NCBI GenBank assembly: GCA_030141605.1
Contig: JAQGDQ010000009.1
Location: forward strand, 372,001-436,000
DNA: 64,000 nucleotides
Direction of reading: 5' to 3'
Source of the DNA: Tubiluchus corallicola
Taxonomy: Eukaryota > Animalia > Priapulida
Below the pieces are notes generated by a model. The model was not told where the DNA came from. It saw only the letters and a program-made list of their open reading frames with translations, and made no database searches. The position numbers and the translations under genes were made by a program. Position 1 is the first letter of the stretch, and every line of letters starts with the position of its first letter. This document shows positions 50,601-64,000 of this stretch, in pieces.

Positions 50601-53600
50601 CGCTGCTGGTGGGCACTAGTCAACTCAGCTTTCATTTTCTGTATCTCTGTCTGCAAATGTTGAGCCTGGCTTGAACGATTCCTGCACAAACACGAAAACA
50701 ATTATATGCTAACATGTTTGTCAAAGATTCAATATCGTGAAACACAAACAAATGTAACGGTAAAGACTAGTATAAAAAGATCTACAGTGATTCATTAAAA
50801 ATGACTCAAATGTTGTTTTTAATATAAAAAAGGTCTTAATCTTAAGAGTTACTTACTCGGCAGCAGTTAGAGCTTGCTTCAATTTCCCGTTCTCTTCTCC
50901 CAACTGCTGGACAAGAGGCTGCAAGTTCTCATTGGCTTTTAATTGGTTAATTTTCTCCTGAAGTTCGACCTCCTGTTGGCGATGATGTTCGTGTGACTGC
51001 TGCATGCGAGCATGAAGAGCTTGAACCTCAGCAGTCTGATGCGTGATCTTTTCCCGATACTGATTCTCTATTTGCTGATAACGGACCCTGTCATTTGTCA
51101 TCTCTTGTCTGAAATAAATTAGCAGAGAACTAAACTTACAAACTCAGTTTATAGAAAGCAGAGAGAAATTTAGTTTATAGAAAGACAAAACTGGAACTAA
51201 TTCCACTTTAGGAACTCAAATAGAACTAAGTTATATTTACCAAGTTCCAATTGGACTTGATTTATTGATAATTTCATGCATATAAATTCTACTATTTTAT
51301 GACCAAGTTTTAATATTTCCAAGCAATAAAGCAACTAACACAAATTAAGACTATAAAGTAAACTATAACAGTTGACAATTCTATATTTGTGAATTAACAA
51401 ATAATTACTCTTCTAGCCTCAGAAAATAAAAAAATATCAACCAAAAAATTTAATGTTTAACAAAAAATTAATAGAATAATTAAGCAAAGAATTTCTACAA
51501 GGCAATACACCAATCCCTTACCTGAGTTCTTTGTACTTGTTAGTGATTCCTTGCAGCTGTTCTTGTCCTAAAATATTAACGTTCATAAATAGTAACTAAC
51601 ATATTAAAATAACATGTAAAAGCAAAAAGACCATTGGACTAGATTGCGCCAAATTTTTTAAAAAGGAGGCTGAACCTTCACCTACCATGCACATTTTATT
51701 AGTGGTGGGTGCAAATAAGATGCCGTTTATTTATGCAAAGTGTATAGTTTATGCATCAATAATTAAGGCGTTTTTGTGTGTATTATTCAAGAAAAAATAT
51801 AACACTACATGCATTTTTAGTAAATAATGAATCTAAAGTTAAGATAAACAGAATTCCTGTTGAAATATGATTAACAGGTTCTAAAAACCAAACAAAGGTA
51901 TAGCGTAACCAAACTAAACATTAACGAGCAAATACACACATGAAAATCCTAGAATTTCCTTTGCCTTTACTAAATATTCCCTCACAAGTTATTGTAGACA
52001 AGCATTATTCATTGCAAGAACTCAGAGAACTTGAGAGAGAACTTGCAAAAGAACCTCCGAGAGAAAACTCTCTAATCTGAATGTGTGGTTAGAAACTTGA
52101 AGTTCAACTATCATTGAAAAAGTCCAAAATTTTTTTTGCAAAAAATGTTAATGAAGTTAGCATGGAAATTCCAAGACAGACTACAACTGTTTCTATGTTA
52201 ATTTTCTTCTGCAGATGCTTTCATAATGGCTAAAAATGAAAAAATAAACGTTTGTCTGAAGAAAATGAGCTAACCTTCTCTCAATGCCAACTCTTTCTCT
52301 TCTAATTGACGCTTTAACACTGCCAGCGGATCTATCTTTTGTCCTTTCTAAAAATAAAGGTGATAATTATTAACGACAGTGACAACTGACAATGTTAATA
52401 TTAAAATAGATATCAATGAAAATGCAATTTAGACTGCAAATGCACTTGTTTTAATTTCAGCAATCAGCATAGATTTTTTTTATACAAAAATGTCTGACAT
52501 AACCTGATGAGAGATAGAACTTCAATGATGAAAGCCTACAGCTGTGAGTAAGAGAGTATTTCAGGTGCTCAATTTTGGTTTACTATCATGGAATCAATGA
52601 TGGAATTGAAAACTGCCACACTGTTGTTGCAAATGCTTGCATATAAACACCAAAAATTTTAAGTCATTTCCTTAGATTTTTCTAAAGATATAGAAGTTTT
52701 AAAACAAGTAAAAAAAAAGCTGAAGAAACTTTGCGTGTTAGGGCTGTTAAAATTAACAGTAAGAGCTCTACGTGAGCAGCATTTCCATTGCAAACTCGAA
52801 AAGGCATTTCTTCCAATAGGCAATAGATGACATAGTTTCTTAATTCTTTACGGAGTATTTGGTTCAAGCACTCAACAAACTCAACAATTTTTGCCCGCAA
52901 TTCCTCTGGATCAAATGACTCTGTTTGGCCATCGAACACTTTCTCTTTAAGGCAATTCCAGATACGGTAGTACAGACAACTAATTCTCATCTTTTATTGA
53001 TAACAAATTTTTGTCGATATCTTTTGTGATCAAGATACTGATGTGAAGTAGTTGATATGTTATTGTTTTGCTGGCATGTATTGAGTGCTTTATACATCAA
53101 TGTGGCTGTTTTTTTCAGTTGATGATTAGCTAATATTGTTTCAGCATTTTAATTTTTAATAGGCAAAAGGTTATCGGTCATAACTTAAAAACTGGTAAAA
53201 CTATAAACTTGTAACTTTTGCAGCTAAAAGCTAATGTGTAATGTAATATCACGTTCTGAAAATTTCAAATTTGTAGGGCACTCGTTTCTTATATTATTTC
53301 AGTTGACTTAGGCACATTTTTTTCTGTGCTATCCGATATAATACATAACATAACAGGTTAATTCTAACCTCTCTATTTCATGAGATTCAAATTTCTGACT
53401 TCCAAAGCGAGAAATTGCGTGACTTAATGCTACAGTCACTATCACACATAACAAAGAATATGGGCGTAACAAAAGAGAACAAACACATCCATTGTTAACA
53501 ATCTTTCTAACGTCATTTATTAGGCCATAACCAAGCAGTCATCATCTGAACAACAGTTCCGGTACATGCAGCTGTTTAAAGTACAGAATGATAACATGTT

Positions 53601-56600
53601 ATGACAACTTGACAAGATCTAGGGGACTCTTAAGAATTAGATGACACCCACTACCTTTGTCCATTGATCTCCTGTCTGCTGTTTGTTTAGCAGTACATCA
53701 ATCAGTAGCTGAATATCCGTGTGCGTCAGCGTAGCCGACTTGACCGCTTCAAATAGCCAGGCACTGTCAACTGCGTTGTCTATAGGAATTGAAAAATATA
53801 AACAACTGATTATTTACAGTTGTTCTTGTTGCCATTAAATGGTAATTTGTGGTGTGTTTAATTAATGTTCGATCATCATAATTTTCATAAATCAAAATTA
53901 ACACACTTTATACAATAAACGACAATTTAAAGGTTAATTGGTTGAATAAGGGGAAGGTGCTGAAATAAAGGAGACTAAATAGAATTTGTACAAGAGACAG
54001 CGCAATAATAACTTAGTTGATCGTCCACTGAGCCCACATGGAACAACAAGTGAGAACTATCATCTTTATAGCACACCATCAAGAATTATAATAACATACA
54101 TCATGAAATTACACAATATTACTCATTACATAACTTTATCAAATAAGTTCTTAAACAACAATGCATTAAGTTAATCCATTAAAGTGAGTTATGCATGTAT
54201 ATATAATCTTTGCAGAAATTCTCATCAAGTGACTGTCAGTTTTTTTTTGCTTCACGTGAAATTAATCATATTCAGAACTGTCACGCCACGTGATACCTAG
54301 CAAGTCTATCTAGTACAACTATTGACGACGGGAGTTTAGGTGTTAATTTAAATGGGGAGGGGGAGTTAGAGTGGCTCACCCTTCATTTTACTTGAGATGA
54401 CAACGAGAATTTGACACGAAATAAATGTGAATTGAACAAAGTAATAATTATAGTTACTGTACAAGAGGCCTAATTATTTAGATGAAAAAACGGGAAGAAC
54501 AGAGCATTTAATAATTAAAAAATTGCCTTCAAGTACCCATCAGACGAAATAAAAACGTCCGAACAGTTTTAAATTTTTAGAACTGTTTGCTACAGTAGTT
54601 GCAATGTCAATGAACCTTGCTAGGATTATACAGAGAGAAAACACATGGAATTTCTACCTAATGGCAATACAGCACAATCATGGGATTGGCAGGCTATTAT
54701 AAAGAGGTAATTACTGCTGACACAGTTACTTGACACATGCTGCAAAACTGCAAAATGTAGCAGTCTTTGCCTACTGTAGTTAAACAGTGTGCAAACAAAT
54801 CTAGGGCAAAATAAACAGTTTCATATCTATTATATCTTGTGATAAATAAAAATGCAATTTTCTTTTTCATAAATGGTTACTAGTTTACTAGTTTTATTTG
54901 TTGCATGTTTACAACAATTATACTATAAAATTGTAATTTGCAAAAAAGCAAAAAAAATGAAAGTTAGTTATTGAAAGTTGTTAAAATTTGTTCAAATTCC
55001 CTGCCCTAGTACTTTTGTAAAGAGAAAAAATGCACTGTTTGCAATTCACACACAGATGACAAAGTTCTCTTCACTGTGCAGGCCTAACCCTAAGAGGCCT
55101 AGACAGTAGCTCAGTATTTGTTTACTCACTCATGAATAACAACTATCTTGGGAGTTTCAGAGCAAGAAAGTGCAAGTTATGGTATGCACTGGTGCCACTG
55201 CACTAGGTCAGACATTCATCTAGGACATAGAGAGCAGCCTGCATTTACGTAATCAACAGGAGATTGCTGATTTTCATAAATAGATTTTGAGCTTTCATAA
55301 ATCAATTCAATGTTTTAGTTTACGTTTGTTTATATAATATAGAGTAATATCATATATAAGAATTCAATATGAAATTAATAGCATGAATATCGTCGACCTT
55401 CACTGTCAGATATACTCATATACTCAACTTTTGAACATTTAAAAAAGACCACTATTAGACAGTAGACCAATTCAATTCACATTAATTTTATTTACTCTTC
55501 ATTAGAATGCTAACATTATACTCTCATCTCTTTAAGCGTACAACCTAATTCTAATGTTTTGGAAGCATACCAATCATCGTTATAGTTATACTGTATGATC
55601 AGGTCAACAACAACATGAAATTGTGATATATTTTTGGTCATATTTTTCCAAAATATACTAGCGTGGCAACTGCCTTAGTATGTCGTTATGTAACTATGCA
55701 AGGACAATCTATATGTGAATTCTATCTCTACTTTGATCAGTTTTTTGAGACACAATGTCAAAAATCAAATTCTCTGTTAATAACTCCATCTTTCAATTTT
55801 GACACACACACACATGCATCCATACTGAAAGACATACGAGCAAGAATGGATGACGATTTATGGCATGGCAATATGCAATCATTTTGTGTGGGAGTATAGA
55901 TATGGAAAGTAGATGGCACGTGCCACCTGTGGGTTATGCAAGTGGGAGTAAGGTATTATACAAATAATTTCAAGCAAACAGTTTATGCAGCTAATAGCAA
56001 GCGTGTCTAGCAAAACCAGACACAGCAGCAGTAAGCAATTCAGAGTAGTAATACTAGATCATTGTAATTTAATTGTGATCACATTATGAGCATTTAATGC
56101 CTTAATATGCTTATTCCAAAAACAAAGAGCCAAAACACTCCAAAAATCTCTTTATTTCTTTGTCATAGTTAAAATTGAAAACTGTTCAACCAAACAGTAA
56201 GTGGTATATGGTGTATATGATACTAACCTTCTTTTGGCTTTTTCTGTTTTTTGGTTGGAGTTGACACTGGAGCTCTTTCTTCAGGTGTTGGAGAATCCCT
56301 CAGCATAATAACTTCTTCCACTGGAACAGACTTCACTTGTTTGATCTCCTCGACCTTCACATCAAACGGTTTGCTTTCAGCAGTTTTTGCCTTTACTTTT
56401 GGTTTGAGAACTTCGTCAGACTCTTCTTTCTCTTTCCGTGGAGGTGGTGTACGAGAGCGGGATCGATGTTTCAGCTCAACTTCATCCAAAGGAGGAGTGG
56501 GCATGTCTCCAATGGAATTGCTGCGAACGCGAACATCATCGCCATTTTCTTCAAGGACGACTGGTTTTTGCTCCTTATTTTGCAGAATTGATTTCGGCTG

Positions 56601-56957
56601 TTTTTCTCTCTTCTTCTTAGAAACCTTTGGCTCGTGCTTTGGTGTTACTTCTGGATCGATTACTTCTGGTGTAGCTTTGAAACCAACATGTTCAGCATGC
56701 TCGATCGGTTGATCTCCATACTTTTCAGTCTTATCTTTCTTTTTCTGCCAACGTTTAGGCTTTGAATTCTTCGCCTTTGAATCGCTTTTGCTGAATAAAA
56801 GTGCATCCTGCTGAAGTTTCTGTTCAGCTAGCGCTTCCTCGTAACTCTTTTCTCTTATTCCGAAGACAGAAAACACATACACAAGCAAAGCAGTAACTAC
56901 GAAAGCACCAAGGCTTATCAGCAAAGTCAAGTACTGGCTGTCAATTATGTCTATCAT
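31524..56957 (-). CDS. Kinectin / ribosome-binding protein 1 (p180) family ER-anchored coiled-coil protein, about 24 coding exons, about 1192 aa
   Basis: N-terminal TM followed by REKSYEEALAEQ and a Lys/Pro-rich region; family motifs IQLLIDVLLNKQ, KNDDLR.KNWKAMEA, YKSVLSETETILNRLQSSVEEEEKKW. Exons: 56957-56228, 53779-53655, 52347-52275, 51567-51522, 51108-50857, 50681-50534, 48800-48637, 47016-46851, 46264-46097, 45654-45506, 44219-44108, 43911-43828, 42705-42577, 42357-42229, 41679-41596, 39506-39315, 38177-38082, 37098-37006, 36116-36045, 35676-35593, 35048-34905, 34021-33803, 32598-32512, 31556-31524. All phases agree. Confidence 0.88.
32193..32267 (-). other. Candidate alternative stop-containing cassette exon of the kinectin-like gene (EKSGHKSSSAIKKFWKSQK*)
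   Basis: TAG acceptor, phase 0, 19 open codons then TAA, strong donor GG|GTAAGT; the polypyrimidine tract is weak. Confidence 0.5.
32658..33191. mobile_element. TTAA-flanked MITE (Kolobok-like)
   Basis: TTAA|AAGAAAACTGGA ... TCCAGTTTTCCT|TTAA. Confidence 0.6.
36214..36818. mobile_element. pogo/Tigger-like MITE, same family as 23404-23996
   Basis: TA|CAGTGTAATTCACTTAATAAA ... TTTATTAAGCGAATTCTGCTG|TA; shares internal blocks such as gtgataagctgtttgc and tgagtcaatgatattctcg. Confidence 0.7.
38435..38975. mobile_element. Probable hAT-like MITE containing a (CT)n microsatellite
   Basis: TAGAGGTCTCAATC ... GACTGAGACCCCTA inverted termini; degenerate 8-bp flanks gtcacaac / gtagcaat; (CT)n at about 38672-38697. 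Confidence 0.5.
44507..45225. mobile_element. hAT-superfamily MITE
   Basis: TIR TAGGGATGTTAA / TTAACATCCGTA with a perfect 8-bp TSD TTTCAAGG on both sides; internal ~53-bp tandem dimer at about 44760-44860. Confidence 0.8.
47840..48145. mobile_element. Decayed repeat, possibly a PIF/Harbinger-like MITE; related copies at about 1830-2145 and 51980-52090
   Basis: Terminus GGCACATTCAGACT. Reverse complement shares ccaag.aact.gcaa and gactagag..caaaat with about 1845-1885, and the (a)gtctgaa end motif with about 2130 and 52075. Confidence 0.45.
48264..48548 (+). mobile_element. 3'-truncated third copy of the Helitron family, in a kinectin intron
   Basis: A|TCTCTTATATTAATATTCTTGG... is near-identical to 15413-15694 and stops at gggtatggat with no CTAG end. 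Confidence 0.88.
49254..50278. mobile_element. Non-autonomous hAT (Charlie-like) element
   Basis: TIR CAGGGGTGTGCAAA / TTTGCACACCCCTG; subterminal GGGCCGCA repeats; degenerate 8-bp TSD ccgtagac / ccctaaac. Confidence 0.8.
52600..53340 (-). mobile_element. Decayed Tc1/mariner-type element related to 9854-10600
   Basis: Minus-strand remnant YRIWNCLKEKVF...EELRAKIVE...CNGNAAHVELLL. TIR-like GGCACATTTTTTTCTGTGCTATCCGATA at about 53311-53338; shares taaggaaatgac.taaaatttttg with about 10473-10498. Confidence 0.65.
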
Positions 56958-57356
56958 TTCAAAGATGTTTCACACTAATAAACAGTATATGAAATCGTGA
57001 TAAAATCTCCAAAATTAATGGAGGTTTTAATTCCTGAAAAAGTAAATATAGGCTTATTATAGTATCACAAATCAGAATTATGTGAACCAATTTTTAAGTT
57101 GTTTCTGAAAAAGGCTTATAAAATACAGGAAATGCGTCGGTTTCCACAACTCTCAGACTCCCGAGCTGGTTCTTGGATTCCTGATTTCGATTCGAGACAA
57201 GGTGGCAACCCTATCCCAAATCAATATAGTAAGCATTACCGGCAAGCCATTGCAAAGATATCACGATAGTACCGGTAACGGTAACTGATGGCTTAGGATT
57301 AATCACAGACGGCTTGAATTAACACACATGGTGGTACAGTACATTAACCAACCTAC

Positions 57357-57640
57357 CTTTACAACGCGGCTGCTGTTGAACCACAACTAGTAATAAAGTT
57401 AAACCGAATACATAAGTCACTCTGCTATATTTTCCAAAAATAAAGGAATGAAGCAAGCAAAAAGCACTTTACAAACAGTAAAAATTTTCAATGCAGCTGG
57501 ACACGTATGCTTTTTGCTTCGGATCAAGAAGTGTGATGGTTACCGGAAATGACGCCTGCACGACTTGTAAAACGGTTCATGATTGGACACTGCGGCAGGT
57601 GCATCACGTTTGCAATAGCCTCACTAATTGGTGAAACAAC
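57357..57640 (-). promoter_or_regulatory. Probable non-coding first exon and promoter of the kinectin-like gene
   Basis: Donor AAG|GTAGGT at 57357 and acceptor before 57033; CpG-enriched, with ETS/CRE-like CCGGAAATGACG (~57543) and CCAAT boxes (~57582, ~57627). Confidence 0.5.
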
Positions 57641-59364
57641 AATAATGGTAATTCACAAGCTCAGCCCTCCCAGCAGGCGATCGTAATGCCCACAGATAAT
57701 ACTATATATCTATAGCAATGCTTATAAATTTGATAAACTCACCTTGTCATGCTACTGCGTGACGACATAATATCTCAAATGAGGCGTTACTGAATGAACA
57801 TGTTAAAAGCAGAGGCTTGTGTTTGTTCAAGTCAGAAAATATTCTAGGCATTTTTTCTTTATTTTTAGACATTTAGTTGCAGTAATACTACTGCGCTGAT
57901 ACTAGTTCATGAAGATTTCTTATTATTACATTTTTAGGTAATCCTGTGGTTAGCCTTTTTCAGTGAAATATCATTTCAAACAAATGATACAATGAACATA
58001 TTAATATATATACATATATATAGTGATGACGATATAATTACAATCATATAGGGCATTCTCACATTTCTCATAAACAGATAAATTTCATGAAAAGGACATC
58101 ATAAGTTTCAATATACAATACTGAAAACTTCACAAATGGTCAGCCTAAGAAACAGCCCAGAATCCATGACAAGCAACTTCAAAATTATAATCATCAAAAA
58201 GTTAATTCATTAAAAAAGTAACAAAAAAGTATCATCTGTTTGTACCACATTAAATTTATTACATAATATTATAATTTATCACTTTTTCTGCACACAAAAG
58301 CTTTACATAATAAGGCCAGAACCAGATACTGTAATTATATTAAAATGATAATGACTTTGTTCAGTGGAACTAATATTTGAATTCATGGCAAAAATACTAT
58401 TCCTCGATCTTTAATATTGTAGGTCACTAAAAATAGCAACAAATTACAGTCTCAACAAAAATGTACAGAGATGTTACAGCAAACACAACGTCTAAATTTT
58501 CGATTTTTTTTTAAATATTCAAATGGTATTTCCATAATACAAATGCAAACATCGGCAAAGAAGAGACAGCATATATTACCTAATAGATCAATAGAATTTG
58601 CCAATACATAATAATATGGAAGCACAAATTAAAGAATTTCTAAGGAGGAAATCATCAAATGTTTAGATTAAATGTTTACATATGCATCCTAACAAGTCCA
58701 TACTTTACAAAAGGACGAGCAAAGCAAATGCTTTTAAAAATTACAGTAGCCACATTTATTTATTGCATAATAAGCTAAGATTATCAAAGCAATTTCACTA
58801 TTAAGGCATGCAGGATAGTCACTATTGCACCACAAATGATACAGGTAATAAAGACAGATGAATGACAGTCATACTTCTCACATTGTTCGTTGCTAAATAA
58901 TGTATTAATGTGGAATGTATACTCATTTGGAAAGTATAATGTATTAGTTCAGTGATGTTCGGGAACAAATTTGACTCAGACAAGTCCTATCCAGGCAGCC
59001 ATGAATTGATAAAAAAATGCACTTAATTGCTCAGTAATTGCTTCAACAAAACACAAAATACAAGTAGGTTTTATCACAGATAATGCAAAATATTTAAACA
59101 AGGCCATACAATAATTATTACATATTTGTGAAATAATGTGACTAAACAACTACTGGTTTCTAAACTTTAAAGATGGTTATATTAGAAGACGAATTGATGC
59201 AGATATAAGACATAACAAACAAAATTCAAGTAATTTGTATGGACGTAGTATCTACTCGACTAGAAATAAGCTAAAATACAAGAAAAATAATTTAGATATT
59301 TGCTAATTTCGCCTACATGTAACAAAAATGATGTGCAAAAAGCTGTAACATGGTAAATTGTGGA

Positions 59365-63864
<4,500 letters not shown>

Positions 63865-64000
63865 CTGAAACATTGACAGTATTTTAGTATCTTTGTATAA
63901 AATACTACTGTATTTAGTTTTGTAGACAACAGGTTACTGAGAAATTCATTTTTTTACTTTTCAATTTTAAATTGCAGTTTTTATTGTCTGCTGTATACAC

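Noticed and set aside
56251-56712. Plus-strand ORFs of 153, 84 and 60 aa
   Set aside because: Antisense shadows of the large first coding exon of the kinectin-like gene.

Overview
AT-rich invertebrate animal genomic DNA with spliceosomal introns; not prokaryotic. Six protein-coding genes were assembled by hand. Two have single-exon CDSs: PIGU (+) and a cytosolic-type 5'-nucleotidase (+). Four are spliced: TMEM138 (+, 4 coding exons), COPS6 (-, 7 exons), a kinectin/RRBP1-family ER coiled-coil protein (-, about 24 coding exons, about 1190 aa) and the 3' part of kinesin light chain (-). Introns and intergenic DNA hold decayed TEs (CR1/L2-type LINE remnants; Tc1/mariner, pogo-like, hAT and Kolobok-like MITEs). 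The most notable structures are: (1) a head-to-tail pair of non-autonomous Helitrons carrying a GT-rich minisatellite, inserted precisely at an A|T inside a LINE; (2) a 55-bp minisatellite that multiplies a KLC splice donor about 11 times; (3) tandemly duplicated, frame-preserving exons that repeat the conserved KNWKAMEA motif of kinectin, plus a candidate alternative C-terminal exon and a GC-AG intron; (4) inverted exon-like repeats flanking the COPS6 promoter; (5) a 40-bp duplication across the TMEM138 stop codon. Coordinates were read manually and no database searches were run.
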